Shown here in pieces: positions 53,094-61,801 of a stretch of DNA of 64,000 nt. The DNA lies in NCBI GenBank assembly GCA_038203615.1, contig JBBRDU010000001.1, forward strand, positions 14,708-78,707, read 5' to 3'. How positions within the stretch are numbered: the first letter of the stretch is position 1; each line of letters opens with the position of its first letter. A program made the translations under genes and the position numbers. The notes below the pieces were generated by a model. It was not told the origin of the DNA. It searched no databases and saw only the letters and a list, made by a program, of their open reading frames with translations. The stretch is from Chthoniobacterales bacterium. GTDB lineage: Bacteria > Verrucomicrobiota > Verrucomicrobiia > Chthoniobacterales > UBA10450.

Positions 53094-55057
53094 GCGTAGA
53101 GAAGGAGCAGCGCGAGCATGCCGAAGGCGACGGCTCCCAGGTAGGTTTGAATTCGTCCGGAATGCGCGGCGGACATCAGGCGTCCCAGGCCGCGCGTGCC
53201 GGCGGTGGCCTCATCGATGCCGGCGTTGAGTCCGCGTTCATCAAAGCCTTTGGTCAGAATGCCGAACAGTTGGCCCACTCCGCCCAGCGTCCGGACGAGG
53301 CCATCCCAGACGTATCGATCCATCCAATCGGAAACCCGGGCCAGAAATCTGGCAAAGGCGATGACGGTGACCGCGTAGAGATCATCCAGCCACATTTTTT
53401 CTTCGAGAAAACGGTACAAGGCGGGCTGCGCTCGCTCCAGCGGATCGGCGGTCTGTCCGACTCCGCGGTAGAAGAGCCAACCCAGTCCGATGCCAACCGC
53501 AACGAGCGCGAGCGAAACAAAAAGCATCGATTGAAAGAGTCGCCCCATCTCAAAATGGGAAACGTCACCCGCGAGATAGTCGTGCAGCCACGGCCAGGCT
53601 GGCGTGAGCACCACGCTGAAAAGAATAGAGCAGAGGGCGAGGACCAGGAGCGGAATGGTCATGACGGAGGGAGATTCATGAGCCTGCTTCGAGGCTTCCC
53701 GGCGGTCGCCAAAAAAGACGTAAATGATCTGGCGAGTCATGTAGAGCGCGGTCAGAACGACTCCCGCGAGCATGAGGTAATAAGGCCAGGGCGATCCGGG
53801 CCAATGCGCGGTTTCGTGCAGGATTTCCTCCTTGGTCCAGGCGCCTGAGAAAAAGAGCGGAACACCGCTCAGGGTCATCATGCCGATCGCGTAGGTCAGG
53901 AAAGTGACCGGCATGATCCGCCTTAACCCACCCATCTTGCGAATGTCCTGTTCGTGGTGACAGCCGTGAATGACGGATCCGGACCCGAGGAACAACAGGG
54001 CCTTGAAGAAACCGTGCGCCAGTAAGTGCATGATGCCGGCGGGGACGCCGCCGACGCCTAACGAAACCATCATCAGGCCGAGCTGCGACACGGTCGAGTA
54101 GGCGAGGATTCGTTTAATGTCGGCCTGGGCGATAGCAATGAGCGCGGCCAGTAAAGCGGTGATCACTCCGATCCACACAACGACCGTGAGCGAGGGCGTT
54201 ACGCCATGAACGGCGCGGACAGCAAACAGCGGATAAACGCGTGCCACCAGAAAGACGCCGGCTGCCACCATGGTGGCAGCATGGATGAGCGCGCTCACCG
54301 GGGTCGGGCCTTCCATGGCATCGGGCAGCCAGACGTGGAGCGGGAACTGGCCGGACTTGCCGACGGCGCCGCAGAAAATCAAAAGCGCAATGGAAGTGGC
54401 AGCGGCGCCGAGAGCCAGCAACCCGGCGCTCTCAAGACAGCCATGGCCGTCGTCGTAAAAAACCAAGGTGCCGCTGCTGTGATAGAGCCAGAGCAGGCCG
54501 AGGAAGAATCCGATATCGCCGATGCGCGTGGTGATGAACGCTTTCTTGGCGGCGGCGGCGGCGCTCGGTTTGTCAATCCAGAATCCGATGAGCAGATAGG
54601 AAGCGAGTCCGACCAATTCCCAGCAAACGAAGAGGAGAAGGAGACTGTTGGCGATGACCACGCCGAGCATGGCGGCGGTGAAGAACGAGAGATAGGCGAA
54701 GAAGCGGGTGAAATTCTTGTCTTCCGCCATGTAGCCGATGCTGAAGATGAAAATGCACAGGCTCACGAGCGTGATCATGCCGAGCATGGCGGCGGTGATC
54801 GGATCGAGCACCCAGCCGAGGCGCACGGCGTTTTCTCCGAAAGTGAACCAGGTGAAATTATGGAAGGCGCGGTAGCCGGGGGAAGTGAGGGTGGGGAGGA
54901 AGGCAATGATCGCGAGGATGAAGGCGGCGGCTTGGCCGAGAACAGCCAGAGCGGCGGCGGCGGTGCGACGGGAGTTGTTGAGACTCAGGATGAACAGGGA
55001 GGCCGCGAGGGGGACGGCGGGGACGAGCCAGAGGTGAGGGACGATCCAGGGGCTCAT
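53081..55057 (-). CDS. nuoL: NADH-quinone oxidoreductase subunit L (658 aa, long C-terminal lateral-helix region)
   Basis: NuoL-type antiporter-like core. It has ~100 aa from the DDLYAV motif to the C-terminal TM helix. Confidence 0.9.
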   Translation of the reverse strand: MSPWIVPHLWLVPAVPLAASLFILSLNNSRRTAAAALAVLGQAAAFILAIIAFLPTLTSPGYRAFHNFTWFTFGENAVRLGWVLDPITAAMLGMITLVSLCIFIFSIGYMAEDKNFTRFFAYLSFFTAAMLGVVIANSLLLLFVCWELVGLASYLLIGFWIDKPSAAAAAKKAFITTRIGDIGFFLGLLWLYHSSGTLVFYDDGHGCLESAGLLALGAAATSIALLIFCGAVGKSGQFPLHVWLPDAMEGPTPVSALIHAATMVAAGVFLVARVYPLFAVRAVHGVTPSLTVVVWIGVITALLAALIAIAQADIKRILAYSTVSQLGLMMVSLGVGGVPAGIMHLLAHGFFKALLFLGSGSVIHGCHHEQDIRKMGGLRRIMPVTFLTYAIGMMTLSGVPLFFSGAWTKEEILHETAHWPGSPWPYYLMLAGVVLTALYMTRQIIYVFFGDRREASKQAHESPSVMTIPLLVLALCSILFSVVLTPAWPWLHDYLAGDVSHFEMGRLFQSMLFVSLALVAVGIGLGWLFYRGVGQTADPLERAQPALYRFLEEKMWLDDLYAVTVIAFARFLARVSDWMDRYVWDGLVRTLGGVGQLFGILTKGFDERGLNAGIDEATAGTRGLGRLMSAAHSGRIQTYLGAVAFGMLALLLLYAWLA

Positions 55058-55072
55058 GGTTGGAAGAGAAGA

Positions 55073-55206
55073 GAACGTCCAACGCTCAACCCCAAAAACC
55101 TATCGGGGCAGGCGTCCGAACGTTCAACGTCGAAGTCAGACGCACGCGTTTCGCGGGGGCGGATGAATGATGGGGCGCCATGGAGTGGTGAACGTTGAAC
55201 GTTTGC
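55073..55206. repeat. three copies of a GAACGTYCAACG motif in the nuoK-nuoL spacer
   Basis: 55073-55090 is GAACGTCCAACGCTCAAC. 55118-55135 is GAACGTTCAACGTCGAAG. 55188-55206 is GTGAACGTTGAACGTTTGC (inverted). Similar AACGCTCAACGCTCAAG occurs at 7909-7927. Confidence 0.7.
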
Positions 55207-55220
55207 TGCTTCTTGCTCAT

Positions 55221-55535
55221 CTAGCCTTTCATAGAGGTGAGCCGATCGACGTTGGTCGTGCGGTAGTGGCGATAAACGGCGATGACGAGGGCGAGACCAA
55301 CGGCGGCTTCGGCGGCGGCGATAGCAATGGCGAAGATAGCCACCATGACGCCGGTGGGCTGGGGCGAGGCGGGTCCGAAGCGCCAGAAGGCGACGAAGTT
55401 GAGATTAGCGGCGGCCAGCATCAATTCGACACCGATCAGAATGTAAATAGCATGGCGCCGGCTCAGCGCGGCCAGCAGTCCAATACTGAACAACGCCGCG
55501 GAGACAACGAGAAAATGCGTAAGTGTGGGGGTCAT
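55221..55535 (-). CDS. nuoK: NADH-quinone oxidoreductase subunit K
   Basis: 104 aa, 3 TM helices, ..IGVELMLAAANLNFVAF.. and ..AAAEAAVGLALV.. Confidence 0.9.
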   Translation of the reverse strand: MTPTLTHFLVVSAALFSIGLLAALSRRHAIYILIGVELMLAAANLNFVAFWRFGPASPQPTGVMVAIFAIAIAAAEAAVGLALVIAVYRHYRTTNVDRLTSMKG

Positions 55536-55558
55536 CGGTTCGTTAGGCCATCATTTCG

Positions 55559-56041
55559 TCATGGCTTTTCCTCCGTGGCCAGGACGAGTGCGCCGATGAG
55601 CGCGGCGGTGAGAATCAGGCCTACGCATTGCAGAGGCCAAACGTAACTTGTCATGAGCGAATCACCGATCTGCTTGACGGTGAGGGCTGCGGCAGGAAGT
55701 GGCGCGGTGGCCAACACTGACGTTTTGAGAATAGACCAAAGAAGCGCGGCGAAGACCAAGGCGGCGATGAAGGCGCCACCCCATTTGAAGGGCGCGACCG
55801 GTTCGAGTTCGTGCCGGGTCAGCAGAACGGTAAAGACAATGAGGACGGCCACGGCGCCGACGTAGACAAAGACCTGGACGAGGCCGACGAATTCGGCGCC
55901 GAGCAAAAAGTAAAAGGCAGCGACGCCGACAAACCCGACGGCCAGGCAAAGGGCGGCGTGAATCAATTTGGACAAGGAAGCGGCCGCCAGCGCGGCGGCC
56001 AGCGTGAAAACGGCGATGACGATGAACGCGACCTGGTTCAT
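55559..56041 (-). CDS. nuoJ: NADH-quinone oxidoreductase subunit J
   Basis: 160 aa, ..GAEFVGLVQVFVYVGAVAVLIVF.. The ATG overlaps the nuoH stop. Confidence 0.85.
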   Translation of the reverse strand: MNQVAFIVIAVFTLAAALAAASLSKLIHAALCLAVGFVGVAAFYFLLGAEFVGLVQVFVYVGAVAVLIVFTVLLTRHELEPVAPFKWGGAFIAALVFAALLWSILKTSVLATAPLPAAALTVKQIGDSLMTSYVWPLQCVGLILTAALIGALVLATEEKP

Positions 56042-57228
56042 TCGGCAAAACGGTAGGTGCGCGGGGCGAATTTCCTCCGCGTGTCGAGGAACCAGGACAG
56101 CGCCACGTAAACAACCAGCACTACGGCGAAGGACCAGAGCCAGCCGGACAAGCCGTGGGCCCGGTAATGCCAGACCGCCGCGGAAATAATGCAGGTAAAC
56201 GCCATTGGTAGCATAAATTTCCAGGCGAAATTCATGACCTGATCGACGCGGGTGCGGGGGAGCGTCCCGCGAATCCAGATAAAGACGAAAAGCAGCGCGG
56301 ACAATTTCGCGAAGAACCAGGCGTAGGACGGCACGATTTCAAGAAACCGTAAGGGCGCGTGCCAGCCTCCCAGGAAGAGGGTCACAGCCAGGCCGCTCAC
56401 GGCAAACATGCCGAAATATTCCGCCATGAAAAAGGTGGCGTATTTAAACCCGGAATATTCCGTCATGTGCCCGGCCACAATTTCCGATTCGCCTTCCGGC
56501 ACATCGAAGGGAGTGCGGTTCGATTCGACCAGGCCGGAGATAAAGAAGAGAATGAACGCGGCCCCGCCCCACGGAGTGAAGACGAACCAGCGCGGCACGA
56601 TGCCGTGCACGTACCCGCCTTGCGCGGCCACGATGGCATCGGGTGAGAGCGAACCGACAATCATGACAACAGGAAGCACCGTGATGATGAGCGGCAGTTC
56701 ATAACTGACCATTTGGGCAATAGCGCGCATGGCGCCCAACATGGAAAACTTGTTGTTGCTGCCCCATCCCGCCATGAAAACGGCCAGCTCCGTCATCGAA
56801 CCGACCGCGAAAAAGAAGAGAATCCCGCCGTCGATGGCGAACGCAGTCATATTGCGGCCGTAGGGAATGATGCCGAGCGCGAGGATGGTCGGCAGCACCA
56901 TCATAATAGGAGCGAGGAAATGCACGACCTTGTCCGCGCGGATTGGGACGATGTCTTCCTTGATCAGCATCTTAATGCCGTCGGCCACCGGTTGAAGCAG
57001 GCCAAAGGGCCCGACGCGATTGGGCCCGTAGCGGTTTTGAATGCGCCCGAGAATCTTGCGTTCCAGCACCGAGATGAGGGCGAAGAGGGTGAGGAACACG
57101 CCCATGACGGCGGCGATGTTGAGAAGACTCGACGCGATTTGGATCACCCAGTCGGGCGCATGAACCAGCCATGAGAGCAGCCACTGCTTCGCGATAACGA
57201 AGATTTGATCAACTGAATGGCTGGTCAT
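56038..57228 (-). CDS. nuoH: NADH-quinone oxidoreductase subunit H
   Basis: ..ERKILGRIQNRYGPNRVGPFGLLQPVADGIK.., ..ESEIVAGHMTEYSG.. Confidence 0.9.
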   Translation of the reverse strand: MTSHSVDQIFVIAKQWLLSWLVHAPDWVIQIASSLLNIAAVMGVFLTLFALISVLERKILGRIQNRYGPNRVGPFGLLQPVADGIKMLIKEDIVPIRADKVVHFLAPIMMVLPTILALGIIPYGRNMTAFAIDGGILFFFAVGSMTELAVFMAGWGSNNKFSMLGAMRAIAQMVSYELPLIITVLPVVMIVGSLSPDAIVAAQGGYVHGIVPRWFVFTPWGGAAFILFFISGLVESNRTPFDVPEGESEIVAGHMTEYSGFKYATFFMAEYFGMFAVSGLAVTLFLGGWHAPLRFLEIVPSYAWFFAKLSALLFVFIWIRGTLPRTRVDQVMNFAWKFMLPMAFTCIISAAVWHYRAHGLSGWLWSFAVVLVVYVALSWFLDTRRKFAPRTYRFAE

Positions 57229-57356
57229 CCCGGATGAAGGAAAGCGATGCCCGACTCTTCAATCAAGCAGAATGAAGAGATAGCGATGGGTTTCGGCCGG
57301 CCTGAATCCCTTAGTGGCAGCGGCGGCGAAATGAGCCGAGCAGCGTCCGGACCGAC

Positions 57357-57482
57357 TTATTCGACTTGCCCGGTGAGATCGGAAGCTTCGGTTTTCGCGA
57401 ACTCCGCCGCGCGGGCGAGACCGATGAAAACAACGAAAGTAACAATCAGACCCAGTCCGAAAATTGCGATAATGAATTCCAT
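57357..57482 (-). CDS. 41-aa single-TM micro-protein
   Basis: Not in the track. MEFIIAIFGLGLIVTFVVFIGLARAAEFAKTEASDLTGQVE*. Its ATG overlaps the stop of the 64-aa ORF (ATGA). Confidence 0.4.
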   Translation of the reverse strand: MEFIIAIFGLGLIVTFVVFIGLARAAEFAKTEASDLTGQVE

Positions 57483-57676
57483 CAGCCTCTCCGGTTCTTA
57501 GCAAGAATGGTGGTCAAAATGGCGACGCGCACTCCGACCCAGAGGGACAGAATGCTCGGCACCCAGATTCCGACGAACATTCCGTAGTCGCGGTTTACGA
57601 GAAACCAGAGAGCGACGCTGGCGACGAAGCTTGCGAAAGTCGCAATCAGGAACGGGTAATCAATTTTATTGAACAT
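57482..57676 (-). CDS. 64-aa two-TM micro-protein
   Basis: MFNKIDYPFLIATFASFVASVALWFLVNRDYGMFVGIWVPSILSLWVGVRVAILTTILAKNRRG. Two clear hydrophobic helices. Confidence 0.45.
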   Translation of the reverse strand: MFNKIDYPFLIATFASFVASVALWFLVNRDYGMFVGIWVPSILSLWVGVRVAILTTILAKNRRG

Positions 57677-57770
57677 AAGTGTGAGTTATCGAGGTTGGAA
57701 TTGCGGCGGCGGGCGTAGCAAATGGATTGCAAGTGTTTGGGTTGGAAGGTCCAGAAATCGAAATCGCCGA

Positions 57771-58313
57771 TTAATTTATCCGCGGTTTTCTTGCAGGTTC
57801 GATCGTCCGAGAAATATCGGCGATGGCACGGTTGATCTCCCCGTAAAGTTCGAGCAGCACGACATCGCTGACGGGGCCGCTGAGATGTTTGACGATGTAA
57901 CCCTGGCGGTCGACGACGTAAATATTGGCCACGTGTTTTTCAGAGGCGAATCGTTTCACTACGGTACCGTGCCAATCGAGCATTACGGGGCGGGTGAGCT
58001 GTTTGCTGAAGGTCTGGCGAAGTATCGCCCGGAACGGCTTTGGAACCGTTACAAGGTCAGCTACTCCATCGATATCGATGCGGTTTTCGTACTTTTCGTA
58101 AATTCGTTGAATCCACGGTGCGAGCTGGTCCGAGCCCCTGGCGTCCGCAACGCTTATGACCGTAATTTTCGACTTGGGGAAGAGATACTGGTGCGTTTTG
58201 AGGTCTTGATCGGTGAGTTCGAAATCGCCAAGCCTTCTGAACGGCCCTGCCACGACGACGGCGCTGATTCCGAACACGGTGACCAGCGTGAGCAAAAAGA
58301 TTTTCCGATTCAT
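57771..58313 (-). CDS. thioredoxin-fold (TlpA/redoxin-like) protein lacking the CxxC motif, membrane-anchored or secreted
   Basis: The start MNRKIFLLTLVTVFGISAVVVAG at 58313 overlaps the upstream stop. ..KITVISVADARGSDQLAPWIQRIYEKY.. sits where redoxins carry WCxxC. Confidence 0.55.
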   Translation of the reverse strand: MNRKIFLLTLVTVFGISAVVVAGPFRRLGDFELTDQDLKTHQYLFPKSKITVISVADARGSDQLAPWIQRIYEKYENRIDIDGVADLVTVPKPFRAILRQTFSKQLTRPVMLDWHGTVVKRFASEKHVANIYVVDRQGYIVKHLSGPVSDVVLLELYGEINRAIADISRTIEPARKPRIN

Positions 58314-59449
58314 GCCGCGCGGGGTTGAAAATATGAACGTCCGCGCCAGACCGCGGGCCGATTTCGCAGCGTCCGAAAAAATGCGAACCACTGGATCGCG
58401 AGGAGGGCACAGATCCCGAGTGGATGAAGCAACCCGCTGAGGAGTGGCTGGCGGAAGCGCACGACGCCGATGAGCCGCGGGAGAAGCGAGGCAAAGACTC
58501 CGAGGAACGATAATGCAAGCGCGAGGGGCGACGCGGGAATGCGGAGAAGAGCGGTGGCGAGCACAAGAAATGGAAGAACTTGTCCACCGAGAAGGAGGAG
58601 AGTCGCTGGCCCAATGAGGTTCGGTGAACCGAGGCCTTCATGCGCGTTTCGAGCGAGACCTCCCCACACCTCCCGATTGCTGGAATACATTCGGCACGCG
58701 GCGATATCGGTGGCGTCGAAGAGATCGGTAGCGAACCCAGCGGCGCGAAAGACGCGCGGCAATTTCGAACCATCGTGCAACGTTCCTCGAATCGCACGAT
58801 GTCCGTCGCAGGCAAGATAGGCTTCGCGTTGCGCGACAAAAAGCTGGCCGCATCCGGCGCCCAAAGCAGGGTCGCGCCGGGTGCGCATGCGATGGATCGG
58901 CAGAAACCCGAGCAGCACAAAATGGATGAGTGGGATGAGTATTCGCTCCGAGAAACTCTGCGTCTCCTGTTGCGGCACACCGCTGGCGAGCGCGGCGCCA
59001 CTTTGTTCCATGAACCCGGAGATCCTCGCGAGCGCACCGGCTTTCAATCGGACGTCGGCGTCGATGAATAGGAGCAGCGGGTTGCGGGCGAGTCGTGCGA
59101 GGGTGTAGCAGGCGTGCTGTTTCCCGCACCATCCGGCCGGCAATGGCAAAGCTGTTTCAAGGCGAACGCGAGTGTCGCTTGAAGCGATTTCGCGGACGAT
59201 CTGTGCCGTGCGATCGGTTGAACCGTCATCCAGCACGATCAATTCAAGATCGACATCTTCCTCTCGCAAGATCGAGCGCACAGCGCGCTCGATCTGGTCC
59301 TCCTCGTTACGAGCCGGAATGAGCACCGAACACGGCGCGCGCGGAGGACTGCCCGCCCGCGCCGGCGAATATAGAGCGAGGTTGCGCAGGAAAAGCACGG
59401 CTGGGAAAATGGCCAAGAAGCAGCTTGCTCCGGCGATCCAAACGATCAT
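58310..59449 (-). CDS. family 2 glycosyltransferase of carotenoid-glycoside (CrtQ-like) type
   Basis: ..SVLIPARNEE..LIVLDDGSTDRT..GWCGKQHAC..FIDADVRL.., plus C-terminal TM helices. The ATG at 59449 overlaps the acyltransferase stop. Confidence 0.75.
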   Translation of the reverse strand: MIVWIAGASCFLAIFPAVLFLRNLALYSPARAGSPPRAPCSVLIPARNEEDQIERAVRSILREEDVDLELIVLDDGSTDRTAQIVREIASSDTRVRLETALPLPAGWCGKQHACYTLARLARNPLLLFIDADVRLKAGALARISGFMEQSGAALASGVPQQETQSFSERILIPLIHFVLLGFLPIHRMRTRRDPALGAGCGQLFVAQREAYLACDGHRAIRGTLHDGSKLPRVFRAAGFATDLFDATDIAACRMYSSNREVWGGLARNAHEGLGSPNLIGPATLLLLGGQVLPFLVLATALLRIPASPLALALSFLGVFASLLPRLIGVVRFRQPLLSGLLHPLGICALLAIQWFAFFRTLRNRPAVWRGRSYFQPRAA

Positions 59450-60258
59450 TTCAGATCCTTCTCGTGGTGGTCCGGGACGAATTTGTTTCCACCGGCGAGC
59501 GCACGCAACCGGCGCCACGTGTCGTAGATGACACTCACACCGGACGTTCCTTGTTCAAGAACGCGCCATTCGCCCGGATCACGCCGGCACGACCGCGCAG
59601 CGAGTTCGTCCTGAACTTCTTCGAGCGCGTTGTTAAAGAATTTCGTCCACTCCTGCGCGCTGCGTGGGGAGTCGTTTCCAGGAATTGTGGGTTCGCCGAA
59701 GGAGACTAGAATCTCGGGCCGAGGTTCGGTCCAAAAAGCATATTCAATCGCCAGGGGTAGAAATAAGACGTTCTCAAGTCGCGCGGCCAATTCGCCGATC
59801 CCGCGCTCAAGCCGGAGCGGACGCTCACGCACGTCCATGAAACGTCCCTGTGGTGTGAGCCAGACAACGTTTCGAGAAGAGCTGAGAATTGCGCAAGTAG
59901 TCCGGACAAATGTCATCGCGCCACGGGCCGACTGCTGCTCGACACCGTAAAAGCCGAGATGCTTAAAGAAGCCGTATTTCTGGAGCGCGGCGGCGTCAAT
60001 TGGCGCATACGACGCGCGGTCGGAGAAATATTTCTGGGCCAGGCGCAAGCAGACGAGAGGGTCCCACCAGGCTGCGTGATTCAGGTAGATGACCACCGGG
60101 CAGGCGATGTTGCTGGACGGCAGTCCGCTTTTCAAAACGCGGATTGTCTGAAAATGCCGACGCATATATCGGCGGCTGTAGGCCGCAAACATTCGGACAA
60201 GGCGCCCGGAGATTTTAGGCGGAGCCGCCGTTGGTTTCGGATGCGTTGCGAGTTTCAT
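59446..60258 (-). CDS. PlsC/LPLAT-family acyltransferase
   Basis: H(x)4D motif YLNHAAWWDP. An alternative ATG at 60336 would overlap the upstream gene by 77 nt. Confidence 0.75.
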   Translation of the reverse strand: MKLATHPKPTAAPPKISGRLVRMFAAYSRRYMRRHFQTIRVLKSGLPSSNIACPVVIYLNHAAWWDPLVCLRLAQKYFSDRASYAPIDAAALQKYGFFKHLGFYGVEQQSARGAMTFVRTTCAILSSSRNVVWLTPQGRFMDVRERPLRLERGIGELAARLENVLFLPLAIEYAFWTEPRPEILVSFGEPTIPGNDSPRSAQEWTKFFNNALEEVQDELAARSCRRDPGEWRVLEQGTSGVSVIYDTWRRLRALAGGNKFVPDHHEKDLK

Positions 60259-60259
60259 C

Positions 60260-61801
60260 TCATCGCACGAGTTCCGGCTCCCGCCGTCCCGAATCACTTG
60301 CAGAAACCTCGCCGGACGCGTCCTTATCCAGCGCATCCGCGGCGATCCAGCCAGACATCAAGACCATCGGCATCCCTGGGCCTGGATGAGCGGCGCCCCC
60401 TGCGAGGTAGAGGCCACGGACATCGGGACTGCGGTTACTTGGCTTGAACGCGCCAGTGAAGCGCCCGTGACTGGCGACTCCATAAATTGCGCCATTGAGG
60501 ACGTGATATCGTTCGTGGATATCCTGCGGGGTCAACGCGCTCTCTGTCACAATATCGGGCTCGAGGTCGAGCCCCGCGGTGAGGCGCAGTTTATCCAGAA
60601 TGGTGCGGCGGTAATCGGGCAGCATTTTTTTCCAATCATGATGCGGGCGCAGATAGGGTGTGTGCACCAGAACGTAGAGCGCTTCGCCACCATTGGGGGC
60701 CACGGCGGGATCGCTCGCGGCGGGCGCGCAAACATAACAAGTGGGATCGGGCGCCGGTTCGCCTTTGCCATAGATGAAATCGAATTCGTCGTGCGGATTG
60801 CGCGAGAAGACGAAGTTATGATGGAGCAGTTGCGGCGGGCGCTTGCGCAAGCCGAGATACAACACGACACCGGAGCAGGCCGGTTCGTAACGTCGCCGCC
60901 GCTCGAATTTTTTCACGCCCCCGAGCAGTTCGCGATGCGTGCGAACGGAATCGCAATTCGAAATCACTGCCTCAAATGGGACGTGCCGTCCACTCTCCAA
61001 CTCGACGCCCGTGACTTTGCGGTTGGTAATTGAGATCCTCTTTACGGCTGTGCCGGTTCGCAGTTCGACGCCCAAATCCGTGGCGAGCCTTGCCAACGCT
61101 TGCGGTATGACTCCAGTTCCCCCGCGCGGATACCAAACGCCTTCGCTCGTTTGCATATGAGCGATTCCGCAGAGCACCGCTGGCGATGCGTCGGGGGCCG
61201 AGCCCACGTATTGGGTGAAGTGATCGACCATTTGCGCGACCCGGGCATCCGGCACAAACGAGCGAACCGTGCCGGCGACGCTGCGGCCCATCCGGAGCGC
61301 GAGCACATCGGACAATGTGCCAGCCTGCATCATGTTTCTGGCGCTGAACATGTCGCGCAAGCCGCCCAGAGGCCGCCAAAAGAACCAATTGGCCGAGATC
61401 CTGTGAATACGCTCCGACAATTCCAGAAACCGTTCGTAACCAGCCGCGGTTTTTGCCGAAGAAAATTTGGTGAGTTCGTCGCGCATTGCTTTCGCGTCGG
61501 CCACCAAATCCAGGATTGTCCCGTCGTCGAAGAACGATCGCCATTGCGGGTCGAGGCGCACCAGATCGATCGCATCATCAAGGTCGCGCCCGGCCTCTGC
61601 GAAGATCCGTTTCAAGACAGACGGCAAGGTCAGGATGGTCGGGCCCATGTCGAAACGGAATCCGTCTTTTTCTAACACGGCGGCCTTGCCGCCGAGCCAT
61701 TCGTTGCGTTCGAAGAGGGTCACTTCGTAGCCGCGCGCTGCCAGCACGCAGGCGGAGGCCAGTCCGCCCAGTCCGCCACCGATAATACCTACTCGTTTCA
61801 T
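60260..61801 (-). CDS. phytoene-desaturase-family oxidoreductase (CrtP/CrtD-like)
   Basis: MKRVGIIGGGLGGLASACVLAARGYEVTLFERNEWLGGKA.. and a C-terminal ..LYLAGGAAHPGPGMPMV. Confidence 0.85.
   Translation of the reverse strand: MKRVGIIGGGLGGLASACVLAARGYEVTLFERNEWLGGKAAVLEKDGFRFDMGPTILTLPSVLKRIFAEAGRDLDDAIDLVRLDPQWRSFFDDGTILDLVADAKAMRDELTKFSSAKTAAGYERFLELSERIHRISANWFFWRPLGGLRDMFSARNMMQAGTLSDVLALRMGRSVAGTVRSFVPDARVAQMVDHFTQYVGSAPDASPAVLCGIAHMQTSEGVWYPRGGTGVIPQALARLATDLGVELRTGTAVKRISITNRKVTGVELESGRHVPFEAVISNCDSVRTHRELLGGVKKFERRRRYEPACSGVVLYLGLRKRPPQLLHHNFVFSRNPHDEFDFIYGKGEPAPDPTCYVCAPAASDPAVAPNGGEALYVLVHTPYLRPHHDWKKMLPDYRRTILDKLRLTAGLDLEPDIVTESALTPQDIHERYHVLNGAIYGVASHGRFTGAFKPSNRSPDVRGLYLAGGAAHPGPGMPMVLMSGWIAADALDKDASGEVSASDSGRREPELVR

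Noticed and set aside
57357-57676. The idea that the 2-TM and 1-TM micro-ORFs are a split NuoA (3 TM helices in total).
   Set aside because: Neither peptide contains the conserved NuoA loop and helix-2 residues that I remember (the ..YECG..P.. and ..FD.E.. regions). The helix count alone is not evidence.
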